Origin: Verrucomicrobiota bacterium
Lineage (GTDB): Bacteria; Verrucomicrobiota; Verrucomicrobiia; Opitutales; Cerasicoccaceae
NCBI GenBank assembly: GCA_039818205.1
Contig: JBCBUK010000003.1
Location: 288,001 to 352,000 of the forward strand
Length of the DNA stretch: 64,000 nucleotides
Reading direction: 5' to 3'
Shown: positions 51,304 through 63,944 of the stretch, piece after piece
Numbering within the stretch: position 1 is the first letter of the stretch
Layout of the letters: the number at the start of each line of letters is the position of its first letter
Notes under the pieces: generated by a model
Seen by the model: the letters and a program-made list of their open reading frames with translations, nothing else
Told to the model about the DNA's origin: nothing
The model's database searches: none
Translations under genes and position numbers: made by a program

Positions 51304-51675
51304 ATGCCACGTTTACTTGGAGTCGACATCCCGAGCGCAAAGAAAATCGAATACGCGCTGCAGTACATCTATGGGGTTGGGCCAACCCGCGCGAAAGCAC
51401 TCTGCGAGCAGACCGGGATTGATCCGAACCGTCGTGCCCACGAGCTTTCTGAAGAAGAACTGAACAAGTTTGCCGTCCAGATCCAAGAAGACGGGTATCC
51501 CGTTGAGGGCGACCTCCGCCGTGAGGTTATTGGTAACTTGAAGCGCCTGCAGGCGGTTCGTTGCTATCGTGGCCTCCGCCACCAGCGTGGCCTTCCAGCG
51601 CGAGGTCAGCGTACCCAAACCAATGCCCGCACCCGCAAGGGTGGTCGCAAGACCGTTGCCGGCAAGAAGAAGTAA
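51304..51675 (+). CDS. rpsM: 30S ribosomal protein S13
   Basis: YIYGVG, EGDLRR, YRGLRH, RGQRTQTNART. Confidence 0.99.
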   Translation: MPRLLGVDIPSAKKIEYALQYIYGVGPTRAKALCEQTGIDPNRRAHELSEEELNKFAVQIQEDGYPVEGDLRREVIGNLKRLQAVRCYRGLRHQRGLPARGQRTQTNARTRKGGRKTVAGKKK

Positions 51676-51693
51676 CCCAATTTTTGATATCCG

Positions 51694-52275
51694 ATGAGCG
51701 AAGAAGAAAAGAATCAAGCGGCTGAAGCTGCTCCTGAGAAGCCAGCTGCGACCGAAACTCCTGTCGCTACTGAAAAACCAGCTGATGCTGAGCAACCGGC
51801 AACCGCTGAAGGCGAAGCTCCTGAGGGTGCCGAGGGCGAGGAAAAGAAGTCTGGCCAGCCAACTGCGAAAGATTTGCTCACCGAAGATCTCGGAATTGGC
51901 AAAATTCGTAAGGCTAAGGGTAGCAAGAACATCCATTCCGGTATTGTTCACATTCTTGCGACCTTCAATAACACCAAAGTAACGTTCACCGACACAAGCG
52001 GAAATGTCATTTCCTGGTCCAGTGCCGGTAAGATGAACTTCCGTGGCTCTCGCAAGTCGACCGCCTACGCTGCTCAGGTTGTTACTCAAGATGCGGGCAA
52101 AGTTGCACTTTCTCACGGATTGAAGGAAGTTACCGTTAAGGTCAAGGGACCTGGAATGGGCCGCGACTCTGCGATCCGTGCGCTGCAAAGTTTGGGTCTG
52201 ATCGTAACTGCGATCACTGACACGACTCCAGTGCCTCACAACGGCTGCCGCCCACCAAAGCGTCGCCGCGTTTAA
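51694..52275 (+). CDS. rpsK: 30S ribosomal protein S11 with an acidic N-terminal extension
   Basis: [40 protein letters not shown]. Confidence 0.98.
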   Translation: MSEEEKNQAAEAAPEKPAATETPVATEKPADAEQPATAEGEAPEGAEGEEKKSGQPTAKDLLTEDLGIGKIRKAKGSKNIHSGIVHILATFNNTKVTFTDTSGNVISWSSAGKMNFRGSRKSTAYAAQVVTQDAGKVALSHGLKEVTVKVKGPGMGRDSAIRALQSLGLIVTAITDTTPVPHNGCRPPKRRRV

Positions 52276-52356
52276 TCAATCAATTTTTCTGTCTCCCGGT
52301 GATGGCAATTCGGGAGGCTTCAATATACGAGACTGCCACCTAATTAATCGATAACT

Positions 52357-52965
52357 ATGGCTCGTTATACCGGACCAACCACTCGCATCAATCGTCGTTT
52401 CGGACAGGCGATCTTCGCTCCGAACAAGGCGTTTGAACGCAAGCCTTACTTGCCTGGGCAACATGGCCCACGCTTGCGCCGCAAATCTTCCGACTATTCG
52501 ATCGGCCTGAACGAGAAGCAGAAGCTTCGTTTCATGTTCGGATTGACCGAGAAGCAATTCCGTCTCACTTTCGCAAAGGCGAAGGCCCAGCGTGGGGTTA
52601 CTGGTGAGATCTTCCTGCGTTTCTTAGAAATGCGCCTGGATAATGTGGTCTATCGCCTCGGTTTGGCGAAAAGCCGCCCAGCAGCACGCCAATTTGTCAA
52701 TCACGGCCACATTAAGGTCAACGGCCACAAGGTCGACATTCCTAGCTATTCGATTAAGCCCGGCGACATTGTCGAGGTGCGTGACCGCACTTCCTCTCGC
52801 CAACTGGCCACTCGGTGTCTCGAGGAGACTCAGTTCCGTGCAGTTCCTGCATGGATGTCAATGGAACGCGATGCTATTCGCGGAACCATCAGCCGTGAGC
52901 CAACCACCGACGAGATGGAGCAAGACGTTAATCTCCAGATCATCGTTGAATACTATAGCCGATAA
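52357..52965 (+). CDS. rpsD: 30S ribosomal protein S4
   Basis: MARYTGP, PGQHG, LEMRLDNVVYRLG, IVEYYSR. Confidence 0.99.
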   Translation: MARYTGPTTRINRRFGQAIFAPNKAFERKPYLPGQHGPRLRRKSSDYSIGLNEKQKLRFMFGLTEKQFRLTFAKAKAQRGVTGEIFLRFLEMRLDNVVYRLGLAKSRPAARQFVNHGHIKVNGHKVDIPSYSIKPGDIVEVRDRTSSRQLATRCLEETQFRAVPAWMSMERDAIRGTISREPTTDEMEQDVNLQIIVEYYSR

Positions 52966-52973
52966 TTCCTGTC

Positions 52974-53000
52974 ACGGGGGTTCAGTTGAGCCTCCGTTTT
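52974..53000 (+). terminator. Terminator-like hairpin between rpsD and rpoA
   Basis: ACGGGGGTTC-AGTT-GAGCCTCCGT followed by TTT. Confidence 0.5.
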
Positions 53001-53046
53001 ATCACAATTTCGCCCGCGGCCAAACTAACCACTTAAATCGGAAGCA

Positions 53047-54093
53047 ATGAGTACTGTCGAAGAAGCACCAGCCACCGACAATCAATTTAACTCGCGCACC
53101 AAGCGACTCGGCAAATTTGAATTGCCGAAGCGTCTCGTCAAGGACGAGGCAACAGCCAGCGATACATATGCGGTCTTCACTGCTGAGCCATTTGAAACCG
53201 GCTACGGCCACACTATAGGCAACAGTCTCCGCCGCATTCTTTTGAGTTCAATCGAAGGTGCAGCTTTTAGTTCGGTCAAGATCGACGGTGTCGACCACGA
53301 GTTCCAATCCCTGGAAGGCGTTGTTGAGGATATCACCGATATCGTTCTGAACTTGAAGAAGGTCCTGTTGGTTTCTCACAAGCGTGAACCTTTGAAGCTT
53401 CTGTTGGATGTTAACAAGGAAGGCGCAATCACTGCAGGTGACATCAAGCCAGATTCCAATGTTGAGATTCTGAATCCAGACCAGATCATTTGCACCCTCG
53501 ATAAACCACAGCGTTTCTTGGCTGAGTTTGAGGTTCGCGTTGGTCGTGGTTACGCAACAGCGGAGCAGAACAAACCGGAGGAGCAACTCATCGGTTTGAT
53601 TCCAATCGACTCACTTTTCAGCCCAGTTCGCCTCGTTAAATATAGCGTGGAGCAAACGCGGGTTGGTCAGATGACTGACTACGATAAGATGATTCTGGAA
53701 GTGACCACCGATGGTCGCGTAACTCCGGATGAAGCGTTGAAGGAATCTGCAGCTATCTTGCGCCACCACCTGGACGTCTTCGACCAAGTTAGCCGTGAGG
53801 CGGTTGAGTTCGAACACGAATCCAAGGAAATCAGCGAAGAACAAAACCGTTTGCGTAAGTTGCTCAATATGAGCGTGAACGAAATCGAACTTTCTGTCCG
53901 CGCAGCAAACTGCCTCAACAACGCGAATATCACGACTGTTGGTGAGCTGGCGATGAAGTCTGAGCAAGAAATGCTCAAGTATCGCAACTTCGGTAAGAAG
54001 TCGCTCAATGAAATTAAAGCCAAGCTCGAGCAGCTTGGATTGTCCCTGGGAATGAAGCTGGACGAGCGTTTGCTCGAGAAAATCGGCGACTAA
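53047..54093 (+). CDS. rpoA: DNA-directed RNA polymerase subunit alpha
   Basis: EPFETGYGHTIGNSLRRILLS, IDSLFSPV, LSVRAANCL, RNFGKKSL. Confidence 0.99.
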   Translation: MSTVEEAPATDNQFNSRTKRLGKFELPKRLVKDEATASDTYAVFTAEPFETGYGHTIGNSLRRILLSSIEGAAFSSVKIDGVDHEFQSLEGVVEDITDIVLNLKKVLLVSHKREPLKLLLDVNKEGAITAGDIKPDSNVEILNPDQIICTLDKPQRFLAEFEVRVGRGYATAEQNKPEEQLIGLIPIDSLFSPVRLVKYSVEQTRVGQMTDYDKMILEVTTDGRVTPDEALKESAAILRHHLDVFDQVSREAVEFEHESKEISEEQNRLRKLLNMSVNEIELSVRAANCLNNANITTVGELAMKSEQEMLKYRNFGKKSLNEIKAKLEQLGLSLGMKLDERLLEKIGD

Positions 54094-54132
54094 CCCGATC
54101 AAAACTTAGAACCATATTAATATTTAAGGACC

Positions 54133-54684
54133 ATGCGTCACCGTAAGCATCGTCACCAACTCGGAGTCACGAAAGAGCACCGCCAGGCGCTCATGAGCAA
54201 CCTTGCTGCTGCGCTCTTCCGTCACGGCCGAATTGAAACCACCCTGGCAAAAGCAAAGGCACTTCGTCCATTTGCGGAGAAGATCATCACGCTCGCCAAG
54301 AAGGCAGCGGCTACTGATGATGTTACCCGTAAGTTGCACTACCGTCGTATTGCTTTGGCTCGCGTTCGCGACAAGGCTGCGATCAAGCTTTTGTTCGATG
54401 AGCGCGCGTCCGAATTCTCGGAGCGCACTGGTGGTTACATCCGGATTTACAAGTTGATCCCTCGTGCCAGCGATGGTGCACCCATGGGTATCGTTGAGCT
54501 GATCGATGGAAGCGACGAAGGCTACACCAAGCCAAAGCGTAACCGCAAGCCATCGAAGAAAGCAAAGACGGAGAAGGTTGAAGAAACCGAAGCTCCAGCA
54601 GAAGCGGTAAGTGCAGAGCCAGAAGCATCGGCAGAAGCTGAAGCAACGGCCGAGGACGCGCCAGCCGACGAGAATAAAGACTAA
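54133..54684 (+). CDS. rplQ: 50S ribosomal protein L17 with an acidic C-terminal tail
   Basis: MRHRK, IETTLAKAK, EKIITLAK, GGYIRI. Confidence 0.98.
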   Translation: MRHRKHRHQLGVTKEHRQALMSNLAAALFRHGRIETTLAKAKALRPFAEKIITLAKKAAATDDVTRKLHYRRIALARVRDKAAIKLLFDERASEFSERTGGYIRIYKLIPRASDGAPMGIVELIDGSDEGYTKPKRNRKPSKKAKTEKVEETEAPAEAVSAEPEASAEAEATAEDAPADENKD

Positions 54685-54715
54685 TCGACTTTTCGAAGTT
54701 TCCCGTTCACGGATC

Positions 54716-54751
54716 GGCGCGCACCTGCCAGCAGGGCGCGCCATCTTGTTT
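54716..54751 (+). terminator. Probable terminator of the ribosomal superoperon
   Basis: GGCGCGC-A-CCTG/CAGG-GCGCGCC stem followed by ATCTTGTTT (imperfect U-tract). Confidence 0.5.
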
Positions 54752-54780
54752 AAATTTGGGCATGATTGGCCAACAGTTAG

Positions 54781-55014
54781 ATGATTGATATTGGATTTTC
54801 TTGGTTTGCTTTGCTCTATGTGGCAGCCGGATTGCTTACAGTATTCGGACTCTGGCTCTACTATGACTGGCGAGACAAGAACATCTATGAGAAGGAGCGC
54901 GCCCGGGTTGCGTTTCACTGTATTAAGTGCGGCCAGGTTTATTCCGAACGAAAGCAAGCAGAGTTAGCCGATTGTCCCAGTTGCGGTTTTAAAAACCAGA
55001 AGCTAAAATTTTAA
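54781..55014 (+). CDS. Small membrane-anchored zinc-ribbon protein
   Basis: N-terminal TM helix followed by CIKC and CPSC pairs. Confidence 0.75.
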   Translation: MIDIGFSWFALLYVAAGLLTVFGLWLYYDWRDKNIYEKERARVAFHCIKCGQVYSERKQAELADCPSCGFKNQKLKF

Positions 55015-55044
55015 CTGATTTAACCCACACACTACTTTCAAGTT

Positions 55045-56586
55045 ATGTCTCAACAGACACTCGCTGTTCTCGATTTCGGATCTCAATACACCCAGGTAAT
55101 TGCACGGCGCATTCGTGAGTGCCAAGTTTACTCGCGGATCTATCCCTACAATGTTTCTGCGAAAGAATTGGAGGCTGATGGTGTGTGTGGGATTATCTTG
55201 TCCGGTGGCCCGAGTAGCGTGTTGGCGAAGAAGGCTCCGTTGCCTGACAAGAGACTCTTCGAGCTCGGCGTTCCGGTCCTCGGTATTTGCTATGGTGTCC
55301 AGTTGATGGGCAAGCTACTCGGTGGCGAAGTCGCGCGGAGCGATCGCCGGGAATATGGCCGTGGCGAGATGACCATTAAAAAAAAGGGCGCCTTGTTGAG
55401 AGGCCTTCCGAAGAGCTTACAGGTTTGGAATTCCCACGGTGATAAGCTGACCAAGATCCCCGCAGGCTTTGAAGTAATTGCCTTTACTGAAAACAGCGAA
55501 AACTCGGTTATCGCTGATGAAACTCGCAAATTTTACGGCATCCAGTTTCACCCGGAAGTTCACCACTCCGAGCGAGGTATCGACATTCTGAAGAACTTTT
55601 TGTTCGGCATTTGCAAGTGCAAGGATGACTGGAAGATGGCCAACTACATTGAAATGGCCACGGAGTCGATTCGCCAACAAGTGGGCGACAAGCGTGTGAT
55701 TTTGGGACTCAGCGGAGGGGTTGATTCATCTGTTGCTGCCGCGTTGATTCACCGGGCGATTGGTAGTCAACTCACCTGTGTGTTTGTCGATAATGGCCTG
55801 CTGCGTAAGAACGAGCGTAAGCGCGTCGAAGACGTTTTCCGCGATCACTTCCACGTGGATTTAAGAGTCGTCAAGGCCGGTGCCCGTTTCTTGAAAGCGT
55901 TGAAGGGCGTTTCTGATCCGGAGCGTAAGCGTAAGATTATCGGCAAGGTCTTCATCGACGTATTCGAAGATTCGATCAAAAAGATTGGCGAGGTGGATTT
56001 CCTGGCCCAAGGAACTCTTTATCCCGACGTAATCGAGAGTGTTGCGATCGATGGAAATCCGGCGGCGTTGATTAAGAGCCACCACAATGTAGGGGGTCTA
56101 CCAAAGCGTATGCGCCTCAAGCTGCTCGAGCCATTGCGTGAACTCTTTAAGGATGAGGTTCGCCGATTGGGCGAAGAACTTGGATTGCCCAAAGAGATGA
56201 TCTGGCGCCACCCATTCCCAGGACCCGGTCTCGGTGTTCGCGTGATGGGTCCGATCAAAAAGAAGTTTTTGCAGATTCTGAAGGAAGCCGACGCGATCCT
56301 ACTTGAAGAGATGAAGCGGACTGGTTTTTACGACAAGACCTGGCAGGCTTTTTGCGTTTTCTTGCCGGTGCGAACGGTTGGTGTAATGGGCGATGAGCGC
56401 ACCTATGACTACGTCATCGCGTTGCGGATCGTCGAGAGTCAGGATGCAATGACAGCTGACTGGGCCCACATTCCTCATGATGTACTCGGGTTAATTTCCA
56501 ATCGGATCATCAACGAGGTTGAGGGCGTCAATCGAGTCGTGCTAGATATTAGCTCGAAGCCGCCGAGCACCATTGAGTGGGAATAG
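55045..56586 (+). CDS. guaA: GMP synthase (glutamine-hydrolysing)
   Basis: [44 protein letters not shown]. Confidence 0.99.
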   Translation: MSQQTLAVLDFGSQYTQVIARRIRECQVYSRIYPYNVSAKELEADGVCGIILSGGPSSVLAKKAPLPDKRLFELGVPVLGICYGVQLMGKLLGGEVARSDRREYGRGEMTIKKKGALLRGLPKSLQVWNSHGDKLTKIPAGFEVIAFTENSENSVIADETRKFYGIQFHPEVHHSERGIDILKNFLFGICKCKDDWKMANYIEMATESIRQQVGDKRVILGLSGGVDSSVAAALIHRAIGSQLTCVFVDNGLLRKNERKRVEDVFRDHFHVDLRVVKAGARFLKALKGVSDPERKRKIIGKVFIDVFEDSIKKIGEVDFLAQGTLYPDVIESVAIDGNPAALIKSHHNVGGLPKRMRLKLLEPLRELFKDEVRRLGEELGLPKEMIWRHPFPGPGLGVRVMGPIKKKFLQILKEADAILLEEMKRTGFYDKTWQAFCVFLPVRTVGVMGDERTYDYVIALRIVESQDAMTADWAHIPHDVLGLISNRIINEVEGVNRVVLDISSKPPSTIEWE

Positions 56587-56588
56587 TC

Positions 56589-57362
56589 CTAGGCTTTTCG
56601 AAGCGCCCGCATGATTTCCTGGTGAAGAAAGGGATGCGCGGCGACCGCGGATGAGGTGTCTTCGAGTTTGGGTTTGCCACCCTGCCAATCGGTGATCACG
56701 ACCCCGGCTCCACGCATTACGGGCACGAGCGGAAGCAGATCCCAAGGGGCGAGAATCGGATCCATCATGATGTCAGCCCGTCCGGTGGCAACGAGCAGGT
56801 AGCCATAGCAATCACCCCAGGTTCGCCGAAGGTAGACAGATTGGACTAACTTTTTGAGGCCCGGAATGTCATCGGTTAGCTCGATGAGGTTGGGATCAGT
56901 GGTCAACATCACTGCCCGGCCGATGTCCATCTGCGGCCGTGCGCTTACCGGTTTACCATTCAGTGTGGTGGTTTGGTTGTCGCCAAGCGCGAGCTGGCGC
57001 AAAATTGGTTGGTTGATTACTCCGACAATCGGTTCACCCTTGTGCAGCAAGCCAATCAGCGTTCCAAAAAGCGGAACATGCGACATGAACGACTTCGTGC
57101 CGTCAATTGGATCCAGGATCCACACAAACTCAGCATCCTCATTCTCATTGCCGTATTCCTCGGCGATGATTCCGTGCTCAGGATAGCGTTTATTGATCAT
57201 GCGGCGCATTACTGCCTCGGCGTCGCGATCGGCTCGGGTGACTGGGGTGTCGTCGGATTTAAAGGTCAGGCCGATGTCGTCCTCGTCCCAAATTTCACGA
57301 ATGAGTTGCCCGCTAATTTCTGCCAATTCGGTGGCAAAATTTTTAAATTCGCTGAGATCCAT
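56589..57362 (-). CDS. Inositol monophosphatase family protein, probable histidinol-phosphatase HisN
   Basis: KSDDTPVT, EE, WILDPIDGTKSF, GDCYGY, PWD. Confidence 0.85.
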   Translation of the reverse strand: MDLSEFKNFATELAEISGQLIREIWDEDDIGLTFKSDDTPVTRADRDAEAVMRRMINKRYPEHGIIAEEYGNENEDAEFVWILDPIDGTKSFMSHVPLFGTLIGLLHKGEPIVGVINQPILRQLALGDNQTTTLNGKPVSARPQMDIGRAVMLTTDPNLIELTDDIPGLKKLVQSVYLRRTWGDCYGYLLVATGRADIMMDPILAPWDLLPLVPVMRGAGVVITDWQGGKPKLEDTSSAVAAHPFLHQEIMRALRKA

Positions 57363-57448
57363 TCGTTGCAGGCTATGAATCATTGAGCGTAAATCACGCA
57401 CAAAGCGAAAAGGTTGCACAAGTTTGACAGGTTAGATTAGTTGTAGGC

Positions 57449-58117
57449 GTGGATAATTGGCGAGAGATTCCCATCTATGTGATCGACTTTGAAGGATGCC
57501 CGCGCACCGGTGTCATCGAGTATGGGGTGGTTGAACTGCGGGATGGTGAGATTGAGTCCTGCCATACGCGGCTATGTGCGCCGCAGGGTTCCATTGATGA
57601 GCGCGAGGCCCGGCTTCATGGTATTCGCCAGCAGGATACCGATGGCTGCACGCCTTTTTCTGATGAGTGGGAGCAATTTCGCTCCTGGCGATCGGCTGGC
57701 GTTTTTGGCGCGCACCATGCACTCATTGAGCACGGACTTTTGAAGCGGCATTGGTGCTATCCCTCAAACTCTCCCGACTATTTGCGAGGCGGAGAAATAG
57801 TTGATTGGGGCCCGTGGATCGATACTCGCCGCTTGTACGAGAATGTTTACCCGGGGCTCGAGACCTACCAATTGATGTCGCTTGTAGATAACTTTGGAAT
57901 GCAAAGTGAGCTTGATTGCATGGTCGATAGATTTTGTCCCGAAGGGCGCCGGCGCGCCCATTGTGCGCTCTATGATGCTTTGGCATCGGTGGTGCTTTTA
58001 GTTCGGCTGTGTAAGGAGCCGGGATATGAAGAGGTATCGATCAAGTGGTTACTTGAACACAGCCTGTCTTCAGCAGAAAAGAAACAGGCCGCCCGTCAAG
58101 GCGACCTGTTTGAGTAG
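57449..58117 (+). CDS. DEDDh 3'-5' exonuclease (DnaQ-like)
   Basis: VIDFE ExoI, HGI, AHH..IE ExoII variant, WIDT, AHCALYDA ExoIII. Confidence 0.85.
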   Translation: MDNWREIPIYVIDFEGCPRTGVIEYGVVELRDGEIESCHTRLCAPQGSIDEREARLHGIRQQDTDGCTPFSDEWEQFRSWRSAGVFGAHHALIEHGLLKRHWCYPSNSPDYLRGGEIVDWGPWIDTRRLYENVYPGLETYQLMSLVDNFGMQSELDCMVDRFCPEGRRRAHCALYDALASVVLLVRLCKEPGYEEVSIKWLLEHSLSSAEKKQAARQGDLFE

Positions 58118-58141
58118 GGATTGTATCGTTTTTTCGGGTAG

Positions 58142-58159
58142 AAACTGCCGATACGGCAG
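58142..58159 (-). terminator. Possible terminator between the convergent exonuclease gene and gyrA
   Basis: CTGCCG-ATA-CGGCAG hairpin with a short T run on the minus strand. Confidence 0.4.
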
Positions 58160-58168
58160 AAATCGTTT

Positions 58169-60610
58169 TTACTCTTCGTCGTCTACCTCAGCATCGTCGA
58201 CTTCAACGACTCGGCAAATGCCAACGAGTTTATCGTCATTGGCAAGGTTGATCAGGCGAACCCCTTGAGTGGTGCGGCCGATGACGCGAACGTCCTTGAC
58301 TGGACTGCGAACCGCTTGCCCACCCACGGTGAACATCATGATCTCGTCTTCCTCATGGACGCTCAATGCACCGGCGACTTTCGAAGCGGTCTTTAAGGCA
58401 ATGATACCGGAACCACCACGGCTTTGTGTGCGGTATTCCGAATATTCGGTGCGCTTGCCGATGCCATTTTCTCCAGCAATGAGTAGCGTCGCATTGGAGT
58501 CGACAACTTCGATTGCCTTAACTACGTCATCGTCTTTCTTGAGCGTGACGCCTTTGACTCCTCGGGTCGCGCGACCTTGGTCACGTAGGTCGGTTTCAGG
58601 GAAGCGAATCGACATGCCTTCACGAGTCACGATGACCAACTCGTTCTCGCCAGAGGTCAGCTTCGAACCAATGAGTTCATCATCGTCGTCAATTTTAATG
58701 CCGATGGTGCCGCCCTTGCGGTAGTTTTGATATTCTGAAAGGTTGGTCTTCTTAACGATTCCCTTCTTGGTGCACATGACCAAGTGGAAGTTGTCGGTAA
58801 ACTCTTTGATGCAAATCATCGAAGCGATGCGCTCGTCCTTTTGCATTTGGAGAACGTTGACGATCGACCGGCCCTTGGACGTTCGAGTGCCTTCCGGGAT
58901 TTCGTAGACCTTTTCCACGTAGACGCGACCATTGTTCATGAAGAACATGATGTAATCGTGGGTTGAGGCTGTGAACAGGTGCTCGACAAAGTCCTCGTCG
59001 TGTTGGCCGCTGCCAATGACACCCTTGCCGCCGCGCTTTTGTGAGCGATAACTGCTAACGGGAGTGCGCTTGACGAAGCCCTTGTGCGAGATCGTGATGA
59101 TGCAGCCTTCGTTGGCGATCACGTCTTCCATACGGAATTCACCTTCGGCCGCGATCAGTTGTGTTCGGCGTGGGTTCTCAAACTTTTCGGTAAGTTCGTT
59201 GAGCTCATCTTTGATGACGCCAAGCAGAATGCTCTCATTGTCGAGGATCGACTTGTAGTATTCGATCTTCGCCATGATCTCGCGGTATTCTGCCTCAATT
59301 TTTTCGCGCTCCAGTCCAGTCAACTGGTAAAGGCGCATGTCGAGGATCGCGTTGGTTTGGCGCTCGCTCAGCGGATATTTTGCCATCAACTTTTCGCGCG
59401 CTTCGTCGCGATTCTTCGATGCGCGAATGATTTTCACAAAGTCATCAAGATTGCTCAGGGCGATCTTGTAGCCTTCGAGGATGTGAGCACGGTCTTCGGC
59501 CTTGCGGAGAAGGAATTGGGTCCGACGGTAGATGACATCGCGGCGATGCTCGATAAAGCACTCGAGCATTTCTTTGATGTTCATCTGCTTTGGCCGGCGT
59601 TCGTCCAGTGCGAGCAGGATGACGCCGAAGGATGATTCAAAAGGCGTATGCTTGGCGATCTTGTTGATCACAACGCGGCCTGGCTCACCCCGTTTGAGCT
59701 CGATTACGATACGGGTGTTCTCGTCGGATTCGTCGCGCAGGTCGCTGATCTCATCGAGGACCTTCTCGTGAACTAAGCTTGCAATCTTAGTTACTAGGTT
59801 CGCGCGATTGACGTTGTAAGGAATCTCGGTGATTACGATCTGTTCCTTGCCGTTCTTGAGCTCTTCGGTGTGGGCCGTTCCTTTAATGCGAACAATCCCA
59901 CGTCCGGTGCGCATGTACTGGTCGATTCCCTTGCGACCTGCAATGGTGCCGCCGGTTGGGAAGTCGGGGCCGGGGAGCACTTGCATGAGATCATCAACGG
60001 TGCAATTTGGCTGGTTGATGATCATGTTGATGGCCGCGGTCAACTCCGTTAGGTTGTGCGGAGGAATGTTGGTGGTCATACCGACTGCAATTCCGGTGGA
60101 ACCATTCATCAGGAGGTTAGGCAAACCGCTGGGAACCACACTGGGCTCGGTGGTTGACTCCTTGTAGTTTGGGACGAAGTCAACGGTGTCCTTGTCGATG
60201 TCCCGCATGAGCTCCTCAGCAATGGCGGTCAGGCGACACTCGGTATAACGATAAGCCGCAGGCGGGTCACCGTCGACGGAACCAAAGTTTCCTTGAGGGT
60301 CGATCAGCGGGTAGCGCATGACCCAACGTTGACCCATCCGCACGAGGGCATCGTAGACGGACATGTCACCGTGAGGGTGATAGTTCTTCAACACTTCGCC
60401 AACCACGCCGGCGCATTTGTCGAAGGAGCGGTTGTGCAGGAGACCTTCCTGCTGCATCGCGTAGAGGACGCGGCGTTGAACCGGCTTTAAGCCGTCGCGG
60501 GCATCGGGAAGTGCTCGGGAGACGATAACCGACATCGAATAGTCGATGTAGGCGTTCTCCATGATATCGGTAATTGAGCGTGCTTCCAGGCGTTCTTTAT
60601 CAGTATACAT
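58169..60610 (-). CDS. gyrA: DNA gyrase subunit A
   Basis: RALPDARDGLKPVQRR, YHPHGD, AAYRYTE (catalytic Tyr), GyrA-box QKRGGKG, C-terminal pinwheel repeats. Confidence 0.98.
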   Translation of the reverse strand: MYTDKERLEARSITDIMENAYIDYSMSVIVSRALPDARDGLKPVQRRVLYAMQQEGLLHNRSFDKCAGVVGEVLKNYHPHGDMSVYDALVRMGQRWVMRYPLIDPQGNFGSVDGDPPAAYRYTECRLTAIAEELMRDIDKDTVDFVPNYKESTTEPSVVPSGLPNLLMNGSTGIAVGMTTNIPPHNLTELTAAINMIINQPNCTVDDLMQVLPGPDFPTGGTIAGRKGIDQYMRTGRGIVRIKGTAHTEELKNGKEQIVITEIPYNVNRANLVTKIASLVHEKVLDEISDLRDESDENTRIVIELKRGEPGRVVINKIAKHTPFESSFGVILLALDERRPKQMNIKEMLECFIEHRRDVIYRRTQFLLRKAEDRAHILEGYKIALSNLDDFVKIIRASKNRDEAREKLMAKYPLSERQTNAILDMRLYQLTGLEREKIEAEYREIMAKIEYYKSILDNESILLGVIKDELNELTEKFENPRRTQLIAAEGEFRMEDVIANEGCIITISHKGFVKRTPVSSYRSQKRGGKGVIGSGQHDEDFVEHLFTASTHDYIMFFMNNGRVYVEKVYEIPEGTRTSKGRSIVNVLQMQKDERIASMICIKEFTDNFHLVMCTKKGIVKKTNLSEYQNYRKGGTIGIKIDDDDELIGSKLTSGENELVIVTREGMSIRFPETDLRDQGRATRGVKGVTLKKDDDVVKAIEVVDSNATLLIAGENGIGKRTEYSEYRTQSRGGSGIIALKTASKVAGALSVHEEDEIMMFTVGGQAVRSPVKDVRVIGRTTQGVRLINLANDDKLVGICRVVEVDDAEVDDEE

Positions 60611-60688
60611 TGGTATTCAAAATAGTTCTTCGGGTAGTCGGTTTGAAGACCCCTCGATAAGAGTTTTTCGATCGGAGTGGCTACGCGC

Positions 60689-63538
<2,850 letters not shown>

Positions 63539-63602
63539 TTAACTACCAGGCGTTTTGGAAGCGCCTGCTCTTCCTATAAATCAATAACTCGTTACCATCA
63601 AT

Positions 63603-63875
63603 ATGAGCCAACACCACCTCGAACACAGCGACGTTCTTCGCGTCATCGGACAGTCCCATAAAAGCTTTGATGATGCGGTCAGCAGCGCCCTTCAGCAGCT
63701 TGCTAGCCCGAGCCATGGACACAACCATCACCCAAACCTAACCTTCCAGTCGTTTGAGGTGGTTAAGCTCGGAGGATACTTGCACCACGATAAAGACGGT
63801 AAATCCTGCGCGGTGACCCATTTTAGCGCGACGATCGACGTCGTAGCCGTCCACGATCACAGCGACGGGGAGTAG
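63603..63875 (+). CDS. Dodecin-like protein, histidine-rich
   Basis: VIGQSHKSFDDAVSSAL, FEVVKLGG, THFSATIDV match the dodecin pattern; His-rich insertions. Confidence 0.7.
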   Translation: MSQHHLEHSDVLRVIGQSHKSFDDAVSSALQQLASPSHGHNHHPNLTFQSFEVVKLGGYLHHDKDGKSCAVTHFSATIDVVAVHDHSDGE

Positions 63876-63913
63876 GTGCCGGCTTGAGGCGCCCACCTCG
63901 GGTGGTCACTGTT

Positions 63914-63944
63914 ATGGCGTGGCGGATATGCCGCGCCATTTTTT
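63914..63944 (+). terminator. Intrinsic terminator
   Basis: ATGGCGTGGC-GGATAT-GCCGCGCCAT followed by TTTTT. Confidence 0.8.
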
